Of a stretch of DNA of 64,000 bases, positions 18,507-29,550 are shown piece after piece. The stretch is from Escherichia phage REP2. The translations under genes and the position numbers were made by a program. The notes under the pieces are model-generated. The model was not told the origin of the DNA and did no database searches. It saw only the letters and a list, made by a program, of their open reading frames with translations. The DNA is taken from the sequence record OQ174501.1. One strand, given 5' to 3'. Position 1 is the first letter of the stretch. The number at the start of each line of letters is the position of its first letter.

Positions 18507-19622
18507 TTAAACTTCTCTAAATTCTTGCCCAAACACTTTGCCAGTTTTAGAAGAGGCTTGTGTAGGAAGTACCATTATATCTGGAGGTGAAGCCGATTCG
18601 CAGACATAATTAACGCGAATACCGTTGACGCCAAATTCGGCAGGTTTTGAAATGCCGCCATTTCTTGATACTTCAGAAAAGCTTAAATTTCTCATGCCGC
18701 CTTGACCTGCTTGGGCAGTTCTTTGTGCATATATCGTAAATCCTACTGCATTTTCAGGAACAACTACATAATCTTCTTTTAATTCCCAAGACCCAGCTTG
18801 CCCAGTAAACTCAGCTTGGGTCGAGGAAATATATCCATTTGATGCATCATAAAAACGAATAGATATATTTGTAGTTCCAAGATCAAGTAAATCAGCATCA
18901 GCATATAGTTGTGCTTTAAGATAAAGAACATCACCAGGAATTAAATTGTAGTCAGAAAGTTTACTTATAGCAGCTGAAGTTGGCAATCGCGCAATTTCAT
19001 TATTAGTTCCTCCAACCGCAGACATAAATTGCTCAACGCTTTCGTATGTTCTTTTAGGAAATCCTGTAGCTCCGACGTCTTCTAAACTATCAAATACAAC
19101 ATCTAAAATAGTTTGATAATCATCTGTGCTTTTTCTATTACTTAGTTTAACATGCTCTAATGCAATAGCTCTTTTAGAAGAAGTATAAAAAGCAGCATAT
19201 GACACGTCAAATCTTGACAATACTGAATCTGATGGAAAAACTGAAGTTCCTGCTCCCCTTAACCAAGATACCACTTCAGGAGGAAAATTAACCTTTCCGC
19301 TAGTTAATATAGCAACAAGTCTATTGTTTGACAAAGAATTCATGAAACTGACAAAAGCGGCAGATGTTGTATTGTTTGAAGCAGAAAAAGCATATGACTT
19401 GCTATCAACTAATGCTCCCGTAGAAGGGTCAAAAACTCTTAAATGAAGACCTGCACTAAATGTTTGATTTCCAACGGGATTATCCTGAAATTTAACATAT
19501 GGTCCCGCAGTAGAAAGCGGGCAAGAACCCGCTATGCTTATTTTATATCTTACTGAATTGCTTTCCGATAAAAATGGCGTTTGGACATATCCTTGTCCAA
19601 ACTCTGCCATAAATTTTTCCAT
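18507..19622 (-). CDS. 35: Long tail fibre hinge connector gp35
   Basis: 371 codons (T4 gp35 about 372); position between 34 and 36. Confidence 0.85.
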   Translation of the reverse strand: MEKFMAEFGQGYVQTPFLSESNSVRYKISIAGSCPLSTAGPYVKFQDNPVGNQTFSAGLHLRVFDPSTGALVDSKSYAFSASNNTTSAAFVSFMNSLSNNRLVAILTSGKVNFPPEVVSWLRGAGTSVFPSDSVLSRFDVSYAAFYTSSKRAIALEHVKLSNRKSTDDYQTILDVVFDSLEDVGATGFPKRTYESVEQFMSAVGGTNNEIARLPTSAAISKLSDYNLIPGDVLYLKAQLYADADLLDLGTTNISIRFYDASNGYISSTQAEFTGQAGSWELKEDYVVVPENAVGFTIYAQRTAQAGQGGMRNLSFSEVSRNGGISKPAEFGVNGIRVNYVCESASPPDIMVLPTQASSKTGKVFGQEFREV

Positions 19623-19630
19623 AATACCTC

Positions 19631-22600
19631 TTATTCAATCCACTCAAATTTAACAGTTTTATTCACTGGGTCAGGAATAATGCGAACATTACCAATTCGC
19701 AAGAAATCGCGAATAGTAAGATTACCTATTATTCCATTATCAGATGGGATCGCTCCTATATCTGAAGGTTGAGGAGGGTTACCTCCGTCAAATACCTGAA
19801 CAAAACTTGACCAAGAGTTTTTGGTTTTCTGCCATGTACGTGTCCAGCGAGTGGTACGTGCTTCTGGGGTCGTTGGATAAGTAATCCAATCTTGGTAAAG
19901 TGAATCAAGTGTGTTACCAAACTGAGTCAATGTACCAGGAGATTTAACTTCTTCACCACGTTCTAAGTATGGAAGTCCAGTCACTTCATTAGTTTTTTCA
20001 ACCATTTTAAAATAACCCGGGAACTGGTTATAAGTGGCTGAATCATTAATATCGATTGACCAGAATCCTACTGTATCAGATGTTGGCGCACGGGTATATA
20101 AATCAGAGGTTTTAGTACCCTGAGAACGAATTCTCGAGTTAACAGTCAAACCACCCGAACTTATAGTAGCACCTTTTGCAATGATTAAGCTTTCACCAAT
20201 CGTTACTTGGCCAGATGCATTATTAATAGCTAAAGGACGCAATCCATTAAATCCGCCAGTCTGATCACCCGATGCAGTAAGCATAAAATTCGTTACTGAC
20301 CCGTCATTGCGAACAATGAAACCATAATTTCCGCTAATAGCACGGAAAGCATTTGCGCTTCGAGAAATAATTTCACCAGTTGCAGTGACTGAATTACCAA
20401 ATGTTGCTACACCATTTGCATTCAATGTTCCTGAAGCATTAACATTTATCGGTGTTACTGTACCGTTGATATTAAATGTTATATTTCCAGCTTTATTACG
20501 CTGAGAATAAAAATGACTAGACGTTTCATCACTAACTTCAAATACGGTAGAACGTGTTGTGTCTGATTCCCCACTAAATTGATTTCCCCACACTCTGACT
20601 GTCATCGTTTGAGCTGGGTTTGTTCCAGTTTGAGGTCCTTTCTCAAAAATCAGACGAGTTGCCGTTCCAGTATTAGAAATAGTTAATGTACTATTTGCTG
20701 AAACTGATCCACCGAATGTAGCAGTACTAGATGATACAAGAGGGGCACTCAGATTCGTTTGTTGGGTTAAGGTTAGTGAACCATTAACTGTTTGTGCAAT
20801 ATCCCTACGAATGAACTGGAGCGAATCTAGACCATCTAATAAATTACTATCTACAGCTTTTGCTTTTAATGGCAAATAATTTGCTAATACGCGATTTAAT
20901 TCATATGGTGATACTGCATAACCATTTTTCTCATATGATTCTAATGGCTGTGTTGAACCTACCGTATCATTACCAACGAATGTAATTGAACCAGATGAAG
21001 TTTTAACAAAACCTCTTATCGCAGTAGTCGCTGCCCAAGTAGGTTCACTCTGCACAATCCATTTTAAATTTTTTGGAGATACAGCAGTATTTGCTGACGT
21101 TCCAGCTACAGTTTCAGACCGAGTTGCAACTTTAATAACGCCTTCCTGTGCTTCAGTAGATTTAGTACCTAAAAGCTTTTTAGGAGTTATTAGAACATTA
21201 TCTAATGTTCCTGCAGCAGCTTCAACTTGTGTAGCTACACGAAGTGTACCACGCTGTGTCTCATTTGCTTCAAGAATATTAAGGGTATAATGGTCCCAGA
21301 GAGTTCCTGATTCAACTAATCCAGATAGAGCAACAACAGAAGTACGATCAGTACTATTAAATCTGGTTTTAATTTTTAATGGTGTAGAGATACGAGTATC
21401 GTCGACGCCTGCGTCGAATTCAACCTGTGTAGCAATTTCAGCTATACCACTTAAACTTTCAGTTGCTCTACGGTCATTTAAAGTTTTAGGAGTGACTGCA
21501 CGAGTATAATCAGTTCCTGTATTAACTTCACTTTGTGTAGCAATTTCAATTAAACCAATTCTTGCATCAGTTGATGTCTTTTTATGTAACGTTTCTGGCG
21601 TTACAACCGCATTTGCCCATCCTTCTTGGCTTTGTCCAGCAATTACTTCACTTTCAACTGCTAAAATTACTGCGCCTTGTTGCGTTGGAGTAGCTTTATA
21701 CTGATCCAAAGCTTTAGGTGAAACAACTAAATTATTAGTGTTTTTATTATAAACATTCGTACCATTTAATTCACGACTAGAAGCTGGAGTAGCTCCTGCG
21801 GTAGATACAAAAGTTACAATACCAGATAATGATTCAGAACCTTGACGAGCTTGAAGCTTTTTAGGAGTGATGATTGTAGTATCATCAGTACCTGTATTAG
21901 TTTCCTGCTGCGTAGCAATTTCAGCGACACCTCTACGAGTTTCTGTAGCAGTTCTTTCATTCAGCTTTTTAGGAGTGATGATAAGGTCATCTGCAAAAGA
22001 GAATGTAGTGTTCTGATTTACTTGAGCAGTAGTTGCTATTCTTGCAATACCTCTGCGAGTTTCAGTAGCAGTACGATTAGCTAACGTTTCTGGAGTAATT
22101 GCCAATTCTTTTTGCGGAGAATTTTCTAAATCAGCATTTGCTTGAGCTTGTGTAGCTAAAGCAATTACGCCTAATCTTGCTCTAGTAGAATTATTTAAAG
22201 AATCGACTCTTTCAACTGTTGGAACGTTTTGCTGTACAACCCAGTATTTTCCATCAGAATCTTCTATATAAGCAAGTTGCAAAACTGGTACATAATTAGT
22301 TTCACCATTAAAAACTAATTCTTGAACTGTTACCCATTCAGCTTCAGGCGGATATTCTGAACGTTTTGGAAATTGCAGCAATTGAACTGAAGAAGCAATT
22401 TTATCTTCACCGGCAGCTTTGATTTTAACTGTTTGTCCTTTTCTCATATAATTCATGGAAATCTTAACAGTATCACCGATAGAAATATCAGTTGGAAGCT
22501 GAAGTTCAATCGTTTGAGTTGTTCCATTATTCGCGCCAAATACCATGACTTCTTCATTTGGACGAATATTAGAATTAGTCGTTATAATGCGTAAACGTGC

Positions 22601-23500
22601 TTTACTATCCCCGTCAAACAATCTCCACAATTTCTCATTATCATCAAACATCAAGAAACCATCAATAGATGTACGACCTTCAATGGAATGAGTTCCAACT
22701 TCTTGTACAGAAGTAGTTTCATCGTATGTAGTAACGATAGTATGATATAACGGATTTAATTTATCTAAATCAACGAAATTAATGATATCTCCATGATTGG
22801 CAAATCTTGGAAGTTTAACATTAATCGGTGCGGCAGAAGTAAATCTACGTACGATAAAATCATTAGATTGTGCTTGATATGCAGTCGATGGAGTAACAAT
22901 TGCAGCTTCTCTGCTATAATCAGCAATATACATTTGCCACAAACGGTTATTAAAAATGAATACCATCTGTGACTTTGGATGAGTCATTAAAACTGAACGT
23001 ACTTGTTCACCTCTAAAATTGACAATACTCTGATTTGAAGAATTTATTTTAACCTGATTTATGCCAGGTTTTCCACCGATATCTTGAATTATTACGGTTT
23101 CTCCATCAAGCGGAGAAGGTGGTAAAGTAAACTCAATGTCATTGCCAACTGATGTATCTACTGAAATTGCTTCTCCAGATTTTAATTGATATGGTCCAGA
23201 TGATACAGTTGTATATACAGCATCAGTACGTAATGCTTTCCAACGAATTCTATTAAAATTTCCAGCAGGTTTTGGAATATTATCCGTTGCTGCCCAAAAA
23301 CGATTATTATAAATGATTACAAAATCTTTTAAATATCCACGAGTTGGATCATATTGCTGAACTGTGTTTTCTTGAATTAAGTAATCAACGTTAACACCGT
23401 CAGTTCCTACGGTACGATCAGCTAAAGCTACGTTGATTATTTTATCGCCACCTGCGTCCAGACCATCTTCTGCTCTGAACTTTCTTTTAATCTCGGCCAT
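19631..23500 (-). CDS. 34: Long tail fibre proximal subunit gp34
   Basis: 1289 codons, same as T4 gp34; internal tandem ~38-aa fibre repeats (ETRRG-A-IAT...ITPKKL). Confidence 0.9.
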   Translation of the reverse strand: MAEIKRKFRAEDGLDAGGDKIINVALADRTVGTDGVNVDYLIQENTVQQYDPTRGYLKDFVIIYNNRFWAATDNIPKPAGNFNRIRWKALRTDAVYTTVSSGPYQLKSGEAISVDTSVGNDIEFTLPPSPLDGETVIIQDIGGKPGINQVKINSSNQSIVNFRGEQVRSVLMTHPKSQMVFIFNNRLWQMYIADYSREAAIVTPSTAYQAQSNDFIVRRFTSAAPINVKLPRFANHGDIINFVDLDKLNPLYHTIVTTYDETTSVQEVGTHSIEGRTSIDGFLMFDDNEKLWRLFDGDSKARLRIITTNSNIRPNEEVMVFGANNGTTQTIELQLPTDISIGDTVKISMNYMRKGQTVKIKAAGEDKIASSVQLLQFPKRSEYPPEAEWVTVQELVFNGETNYVPVLQLAYIEDSDGKYWVVQQNVPTVERVDSLNNSTRARLGVIALATQAQANADLENSPQKELAITPETLANRTATETRRGIARIATTAQVNQNTTFSFADDLIITPKKLNERTATETRRGVAEIATQQETNTGTDDTTIITPKKLQARQGSESLSGIVTFVSTAGATPASSRELNGTNVYNKNTNNLVVSPKALDQYKATPTQQGAVILAVESEVIAGQSQEGWANAVVTPETLHKKTSTDARIGLIEIATQSEVNTGTDYTRAVTPKTLNDRRATESLSGIAEIATQVEFDAGVDDTRISTPLKIKTRFNSTDRTSVVALSGLVESGTLWDHYTLNILEANETQRGTLRVATQVEAAAGTLDNVLITPKKLLGTKSTEAQEGVIKVATRSETVAGTSANTAVSPKNLKWIVQSEPTWAATTAIRGFVKTSSGSITFVGNDTVGSTQPLESYEKNGYAVSPYELNRVLANYLPLKAKAVDSNLLDGLDSLQFIRRDIAQTVNGSLTLTQQTNLSAPLVSSSTATFGGSVSANSTLTISNTGTATRLIFEKGPQTGTNPAQTMTVRVWGNQFSGESDTTRSTVFEVSDETSSHFYSQRNKAGNITFNINGTVTPINVNASGTLNANGVATFGNSVTATGEIISRSANAFRAISGNYGFIVRNDGSVTNFMLTASGDQTGGFNGLRPLAINNASGQVTIGESLIIAKGATISSGGLTVNSRIRSQGTKTSDLYTRAPTSDTVGFWSIDINDSATYNQFPGYFKMVEKTNEVTGLPYLERGEEVKSPGTLTQFGNTLDSLYQDWITYPTTPEARTTRWTRTWQKTKNSWSSFVQVFDGGNPPQPSDIGAIPSDNGIIGNLTIRDFLRIGNVRIIPDPVNKTVKFEWIE

Positions 23501-23534
23501 TCTCCCGGGCTCCTATTGTGTTTTCAATAATAAG

Positions 23535-23542
23535 TATTTATA
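23535..23542 (-). promoter_or_regulatory. Late promoter TATAAATA (gene 34)
   Basis: Exact TATAAATA on the minus strand, about 35 nt upstream of the gene 34 ATG. Confidence 0.7.
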
Positions 23543-23604
23543 CCTGTTTACTTTAAGATTTAGATAGTATATAATAGAAATCTCACTAATTGAACGAGGT
23601 TCAT

Positions 23605-24522
23605 ATGGATTTAGAAATGATGCTGGATGAAGATTACAAAGAAGGAATTTGCTTTATTGACTTTAGTCAAATTGCTCTTTCAACTGCTCTGGTAAACTTC
23701 CCAGATAAAGAAAAAATTAATTTATCGATGGTTCGTCATTTGATATTGAACTCAATTAAGTTTAATGTCAAAAAAGCAAAAACGCTTGGATACACTAAAA
23801 TTGTACTGTGTATTGATAACGCGAAATCTGGATATTGGCGTCGTGATTTCGCTTATTATTATAAGAAAAACCGTGGAAAAGCACGAGAAGAATCTACTTG
23901 GGACTGGGAAGGTTATTTTGAATCCAGTCATAAAGTTATAGATGAATTGAAAGCTTATATGCCATACATTGTTATGGATATTGATAAGTATGAAGCAGAT
24001 GACCACATTGCTGTTCTTGTTAAAAAGTTCTCTTTAGAAGGACACAAGATTTTAATCATTTCATCGGATGGTGACTTTACTCAACTTCACAAATATCCAA
24101 ATGTTAAGCAATGGTCACCGATGCACAAGAAATGGGTTAAAATTAAAAGCGGTTCTGCTGAAATTGACTGTATGACTAAAATCCTTAAGGGCGACAAAAA
24201 GGATAACGTTGCTTCGGTTAAAGTACGATCTGATTTTTGGTTTACCAGAGTTGAAGGTGAACGAACTCCTTCAATGAAAACTTCAATAGTTGAAGCTATT
24301 GCTAATGACCGTGAGCAAGCTAAGGTGCTTCTCTCAGAATCTGAGTATAATCGTTATAAAGAAAATTTAGTTCTAATTGATTTTGATTATATTCCTGATA
24401 ATATTGCTTCAAACATTGTGAATTACTATAATTCATATAAATTACCACCGCGTGGCAAAATTTATTCATATTTTGTAAAAGCGGGTCTTTCTAAATTAAC
24501 TAATAGCATTAATGAATTTTGA
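23605..24522 (+). CDS. rnh: RNase H (5'-3' exonuclease, FEN-like)
   Basis: ATG at 23605 (MDLEMMLDEDYKEGIC...) gives 305 codons as in T4 RNase H; the listed start at 23590 is a TTG and is rejected. Confidence 0.9.
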   Translation: MDLEMMLDEDYKEGICFIDFSQIALSTALVNFPDKEKINLSMVRHLILNSIKFNVKKAKTLGYTKIVLCIDNAKSGYWRRDFAYYYKKNRGKAREESTWDWEGYFESSHKVIDELKAYMPYIVMDIDKYEADDHIAVLVKKFSLEGHKILIISSDGDFTQLHKYPNVKQWSPMHKKWVKIKSGSAEIDCMTKILKGDKKDNVASVKVRSDFWFTRVEGERTPSMKTSIVEAIANDREQAKVLLSESEYNRYKENLVLIDFDYIPDNIASNIVNYYNSYKLPPRGKIYSYFVKAGLSKLTNSINEF

Positions 24523-24530
24523 GGTGAATA

Positions 24531-24800
24531 ATGGCTAAAAAAGAAATGGTTGAATTTGATGAAGCTATCCATGGCGAAGACTTGGCTAAATTTATTAAAG
24601 AAGCATCTGATCATAAACTGAAAATTTCCGGTTATAATGAACTGATTAAAGATATTCGAATTCGTGCCAAAGATGAACTTGGCGTTGATGGTAAGATGTT
24701 TAATCGTCTATTAGCTTTGTATCATAAAGATAACCGTGATGTGTTTGAAGCTGAAACTGAAGAGGTAGTTGAACTTTATGACACAGTTTTCTCTAAATGA
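24531..24800 (+). CDS. dsbA: Double-stranded DNA-binding protein DsbA
   Basis: 89 codons as in T4; position between rnh and 33. Confidence 0.8.
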   Translation: MAKKEMVEFDEAIHGEDLAKFIKEASDHKLKISGYNELIKDIRIRAKDELGVDGKMFNRLLALYHKDNRDVFEAETEEVVELYDTVFSK

Positions 24801-25116
24801 TATTCGTCCGGTCGATGAGACCGGTCTTTCAGAAAAAGAACTTTCAATTAAGAAAGAAAAGGATGAAATTGCAAAGCTTCTTGACCGTCAAGAAAACGGA
24901 TTTATTATTGAAAAAATGGTAGAAGAGTTTGGAATGAGTTATCTTGAAGCTACGACAGCATTCTTGGAAGAAAACTCTATTCCTGAAACTCAATTTGCTA
25001 AATTTATTCCTTCGGGGATAATTGAAAAAATCCAGTCAGAAGCTATTGACGAAAATCTTTTACGTCCTTCTGTTGTTCGTTGTGAAAAAACTAATACATT
25101 AGATTTTCTACTATGA
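24778..25116 (+). CDS. 33: Late transcription co-activator gp33
   Basis: Starting at MTQFSLNDIRPV... gives 112 codons as in T4 gp33; overlaps the dsbA 3' end. Confidence 0.8.
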   Translation: MTQFSLNDIRPVDETGLSEKELSIKKEKDEIAKLLDRQENGFIIEKMVEEFGMSYLEATTAFLEENSIPETQFAKFIPSGIIEKIQSEAIDENLLRPSVVRCEKTNTLDFLL

Positions 25117-25766
25117 TTAAACTCCGCATGCCTGCTGGTGGTGAAAGATATATTGATGGTAAATCAGTTTATAAATTATACTTAATGATAAAACAACATA
25201 TGAATGGAAAGTATGATGTAATTAAGTATAATTGGTGCATGCGGGTGTCTGATGCCGCTTATCAAAAGCGAAGGGATAAGTATTTTTTCCAGAAGTTATC
25301 AGAAAAATATAAATTAAAGGAACTTGCTTTAATCTTTATAAGCAATCTGGTTGCTAACCAAGATGCTTGGATTGGTGACATCTCTGACGCTGATGCACTT
25401 GTGTTTTATCGTGAATATATCGGACGCTTAAAGCAAATTAAATTTAAGTTTGAAGAAGATATTCGCAACATTTATTATTTTAGTAAAAAAGTTGAAGTTT
25501 CTGCTTTTAAAGAAATCTTTGAGTATAATCCAAAAGTTCAGTCGAGTTATATTTTTAAACTACTTCAATCGAATATAATTTCGTTTGAGACGTTTATCTT
25601 GCTTGATTCGTTTTTAAATATAATCGATAAACATGATGAACAGACTGATAATTTAGTTTGGAACAATTATTCTATAAAGTTAAAAGCTTATAGAAAAATT
25701 TTAAATATTGATTCACAGAAAGCTAAAAATGTTTTCATTGAAACTGTGAAATCTTGCAAGTATTAA
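25113..25766 (+). CDS. 59: Helicase loader gp59
   Basis: 217 codons as in T4 gp59; ATGA overlap with gene 33. Confidence 0.9.
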   Translation: MIKLRMPAGGERYIDGKSVYKLYLMIKQHMNGKYDVIKYNWCMRVSDAAYQKRRDKYFFQKLSEKYKLKELALIFISNLVANQDAWIGDISDADALVFYREYIGRLKQIKFKFEEDIRNIYYFSKKVEVSAFKEIFEYNPKVQSSYIFKLLQSNIISFETFILLDSFLNIIDKHDEQTDNLVWNNYSIKLKAYRKILNIDSQKAKNVFIETVKSCKY

Positions 25767-25774
25767 TTGCTTAT

Positions 25775-25782
25775 TATAAATA
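25775..25782 (+). promoter_or_regulatory. Late promoter TATAAATA upstream of gene 32, with possible overlapping MotA box
   Basis: Exact TATAAATA; TTGCTTAT at 25767-25774 and TATAAT at 25786-25791 could form a middle promoter. Confidence 0.45.
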
Positions 25783-25799
25783 GATTATAATTATCTCAC

Positions 25800-25865
25800 T
25801 GACCAGCTATGAGGTCATACATCGTCATAGCACCAACTGTTAATTAAATTAAAAAGGAAATAAAA
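25800..25865 (+). promoter_or_regulatory. Gene 32 translational operator (pseudoknot plus unstructured A/T-rich leader)
   Basis: TGACC...GGTCA and GCTATGA...TCATAGC interleaved (H-type pseudoknot, 25800-25831), followed by TTAATTAAATTAAAAAGGAAATAAAA up to the ATG. Confidence 0.7.
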
Positions 25866-26774
25866 ATGTTTAAACGTAAATCTACTGCTGAACTCGCTGC
25901 ACAAATGGCTAAACTGGCTGGAAATAAAGGTGGTTTTTCTTCTGAAGATAAAGGCGAGTGGAAACTGAAACTCGATAATGCGGGTAACGGTCAAGCAGTA
26001 ATTCGTTTTCTTCCGTCTAAAAATGATGAACAAGCACCATTCGCAATTCTTGTAAATCACGGTTTCAAGAAAAACGGTAAATGGTATATCGAAAATTGCT
26101 CATCTACCCACGGTGATTACGATTCTTGCCCAGTATGTCAGTACATCAGTAAAAATGATCTGTACAACACTGACAATAAAGAGTACAGTCTTGTTAAACG
26201 TAAAACTTCTTACTGGGCTAACATTCTTGTTGTAAAAGACCCAGCTGCTCCAGAAAACGAAGGTAAAGTATTTAAATATCGTTTCGGTAAGAAAATCTGG
26301 GATAAAATCAATGCAATGATTGCAGTTGATGTTGAAATGGGTGAAACTCCGGTTGATGTAACTTGCCCGTGGGAAGGTGCTAACTTTGTACTGAAAGTTA
26401 AACAAGTTTCTGGTTTTAGTAACTACGACGAATCTAAATTCCTGAATCAATCTGCGATTCCAAACATTGACGATGAATCTTTCCAGAAAGAACTGTTCGA
26501 ACAAATGGTTGACCTTTCTGAAATGACTTCTAAAGATAAATTCAAATCATTTGAAGAACTGAGCACTAAATTCAGTCAAGTTATGGGAACTGCTGCAATG
26601 GGTGGTGCCGCTGCAACTGCCGCTAAGAAAGCTGATAAAGTTGCTGATGATTTGGATGCATTCAATGTTGATGACTTCAATACAAAAACTGAAGATGATT
26701 TTATGAGCTCAAGCTCTGGCAGTTCATCTAGTGCTGATGACACAGACCTGGATGACCTTTTGAATGACCTTTAA
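25866..26774 (+). CDS. 32: Single-stranded DNA-binding protein gp32
   Basis: 302 codons; translation [23 protein letters not shown]... with zinc-binding Cys/His and acidic C-terminal tail, as in T4 gp32. Confidence 0.95.
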   Translation: MFKRKSTAELAAQMAKLAGNKGGFSSEDKGEWKLKLDNAGNGQAVIRFLPSKNDEQAPFAILVNHGFKKNGKWYIENCSSTHGDYDSCPVCQYISKNDLYNTDNKEYSLVKRKTSYWANILVVKDPAAPENEGKVFKYRFGKKIWDKINAMIAVDVEMGETPVDVTCPWEGANFVLKVKQVSGFSNYDESKFLNQSAIPNIDDESFQKELFEQMVDLSEMTSKDKFKSFEELSTKFSQVMGTAAMGGAAATAAKKADKVADDLDAFNVDDFNTKTEDDFMSSSSGSSSSADDTDLDDLLNDL

Positions 26775-26796
26775 TAGATTATATTACTAATTAATT

Positions 26797-26825
26797 GGGG
26801 ACCCTAGAGGTCCCCTTTTTTATTT
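26797..26825 (+). terminator. Rho-independent terminator (GGGGACC-CTAGA-GGTCCCC then TTTTTTATTT)
   Basis: 7-bp GC stem followed by a T-run, directly after gene 32. Confidence 0.85.
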
Positions 26826-26845
26826 CAAAAATTTTTCATAAAACG

Positions 26846-26875
26846 GTTTACATCCTTGTCCTTCCATGGTACTAT
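26846..26875 (+). promoter_or_regulatory. T4-type early promoter
   Basis: GTTTAC at 26846-26851, 18-nt spacer, TGgTACTAT. Confidence 0.6.
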
Positions 26876-26918
26876 ACAACTATCAGCAATACTGCTGATA
26901 ATTAAAGAGGAAAATAAT

Positions 26919-27149
26919 ATGGCTAAAGTTGATATTGACATCGTTGATTTTGAATATATTGAAGAAATTATTCGTAATCGTTATCCTGAACTTAGTATCA
27001 CAAGTATTCACGATGATCCCAATTATTGCAATTTTTCTATTGTCATTGAAGGTCCTCTTGAAGACCTCACCCGCTTTATGGCTAATGAATATTGTGATGG
27101 TATGGATTCTGAAGACGCAGAATTTTACATGGGATTGATTGAACAATAA
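26919..27149 (+). CDS. Hypothetical acidic protein (76 aa)
   Basis: ATG at 26919 after AAAGAGGAAAA; the listed start at 26856 lies inside the promoter. Confidence 0.5.
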   Translation: MAKVDIDIVDFEYIEEIIRNRYPELSITSIHDDPNYCNFSIVIEGPLEDLTRFMANEYCDGMDSEDAEFYMGLIEQ

Positions 27150-27156
27150 TTATCAA

Positions 27157-27175
27157 GGGGGCTATTACAAGCCCC
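27157..27175 (+). other. Hairpin GGGGGC-loop-GCCCC
   Basis: 5-6 bp GC stem with 8-nt loop after the previous stop; no clear U-tract. Confidence 0.3.
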
Positions 27176-27195
27176 GTTAAAATGAGGAAAACGTA

Positions 27196-27561
27196 ATGTA
27201 TATTGGCAAAAAGTATGAGCTTGTTCCAAGACTTATTGATACATTTATTAATTATCGCCCACGTTCTAATTCATCAATAGTTAAAATTATTCAAGAAAAT
27301 GGTGGATGGTTTGAAGTTAAAGAAGCTTTCTTTGTTGATGGATTTAGAGTAATAAAACACATTGAATGCGCAAATGGAAAGCATTTTTACTTTAACGTTT
27401 GTGAAGACGAATTTCATTGTTTCCGCGAATATAAAGAACCTACTTCTGAAGAGGATGAAGTTAAAGACAAGGTTTCTGGCGTAACAAAAATTCACTGCAT
27501 TGTTGACGAAAATAATGTAGATGAAATCATTGAACTTTTGCGAAAAACTTTCAAAAAGTAG
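27196..27561 (+). CDS. Hypothetical protein (121 aa)
   Basis: ORF with RBS GAGGAAAA. Confidence 0.5.
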   Translation: MYIGKKYELVPRLIDTFINYRPRSNSSIVKIIQENGGWFEVKEAFFVDGFRVIKHIECANGKHFYFNVCEDEFHCFREYKEPTSEEDEVKDKVSGVTKIHCIVDENNVDEIIELLRKTFKK

Positions 27562-27590
27562 TTTACAACAGGGTAGTAGTGTGATACTAT
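27561..27590 (+). promoter_or_regulatory. T4-type early promoter embedded in a 10-bp palindrome
   Basis: GTTTAC at 27561-27566, TGaTACTAT at 27582-27590; GGGTAGTAGT (27571-80) pairs with ACTATTACCC (27586-95). Confidence 0.55.
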
Positions 27591-27619
27591 TACCCTATCA
27601 AAACTAATGGAGAAAAGAA

Positions 27620-27688
27620 AATGTTCGCACCTTATATTATGGCAGCAGTTATGTTGGTCTGTTTATATCTTTTGATTAAAGCTTGCTA
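27620..27688 (+). CDS. Tiny hydrophobic peptide (22 aa, MFAPYIMAAVMLVCLYLLIKAC)
   Basis: ATG 7 nt after GGAGAAAAGAAA; not in the ORF track. Confidence 0.3.
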
Positions 27689-27699
27689 AGGAGAATAAA

Positions 27700-27942
27700 A
27701 TGAGATTACAACGCCAGAGCATCAAAGATTCGGAAGTTAGAGGTAAATGGTATTTTAATATCATCGGTAAAGATTCTGAACTCATTGAAAAAGCTGAACA
27801 TCTTTTACGTGATATGGGATGGGAAGATGAATGCGATGGATGTCCTCTTTATGAAGATGGAGAAAGCGCAGGATTCTGGATTTACCATTCTGATGTTGAT
27901 CAGTTTAAAGCTGATTGGAAAACTGTGAAAAAGTCTATTTGA
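27700..27942 (+). CDS. Hypothetical protein (80 aa)
   Basis: ORF with RBS AAGGAGAA. Confidence 0.5.
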   Translation: MRLQRQSIKDSEVRGKWYFNIIGKDSELIEKAEHLLRDMGWEDECDGCPLYEDGESAGFWIYHSDVDQFKADWKTVKKSI

Positions 27943-27952
27943 GGAAAATATT

Positions 27953-28296
27953 ATGTCTGACATTCATGTAACTGGAATTTCTCAAGTAAAAATTCGTTGC
28001 CAACTTAAAACCGCGCCTGGGACGGCTTTTATTAATTTATCACACGACATAGATTCCCGTGAAAGCCAGTTAATGGGTGTAATTACATTTTACGCTGGAT
28101 TTGGCGGAAACAAATTTACTGTAGGGGAAATTGTCGGCCGTAAATTAAAAGTTCAGAAGAACGTGTTAGAACTTTTTAATGATCTTTACGATGATAGTGA
28201 TGAAGTTTTTGATGAAATCGCACAAGCAGTTAACAGAGGAATGGTAACTTTAGTTAAAATGATTGACGCTAGCGGATATGCTCATGACTCTTTTCA

Positions 28297-28312
<16 letters not shown>
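27953..28312 (+). CDS. Hypothetical protein (119 aa)
   Basis: ORF with RBS GAGGAAAA. Confidence 0.5.
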
Positions 28313-29138
<826 letters not shown>

Positions 29139-29157
29139 AATAACACGTGGCGGAAAT

Positions 29158-29505
29158 ATGAATTTTAATTATTACCCTATTCTATTAGAAAAAGACGAGA
29201 AACAGCCAAAGTGGCAGGGTCCTCAGTTTATTAAAGGTGTCTATCAATTAGTAGTTCCTAAAGACAAGATTTATAGCAGTTGTTTCACTGAATCCGCTTG
29301 CAGTATTTTCGGTAATAGTTCTCCATATTGGAATTTTGACATAAAGCTGGATAGAAATATCGATATTTGGTTGAAAGCTATGGATATTGGTAATATCACG
29401 TTTGATGAGAATAATTATCATATTATTGGTCGCTTTTCCAAACGCGGTAAAGAATTATATTTCACGCCTGAAATTGAGAGAAAATTTGATGCTAAACCGT
29501 ATTGA
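29158..29505 (+). CDS. Hypothetical protein (115 aa) inserted between frd and td
   Basis: ORF with RBS GGCGGAAAT; in T4, as I recall, td follows frd directly. Confidence 0.45.
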   Translation: MNFNYYPILLEKDEKQPKWQGPQFIKGVYQLVVPKDKIYSSCFTESACSIFGNSSPYWNFDIKLDRNIDIWLKAMDIGNITFDENNYHIIGRFSKRGKELYFTPEIERKFDAKPY

Positions 29506-29550
29506 TTATTTAGCTTCATAAAATGTATTATAATTTATATAAGGTACTAA

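Noticed and set aside
21842-22084. Plus-strand 80-codon ORF inside gene 34
   Set aside because: Antisense to gp34; composition reflects the mirror of the repetitive fibre sequence.
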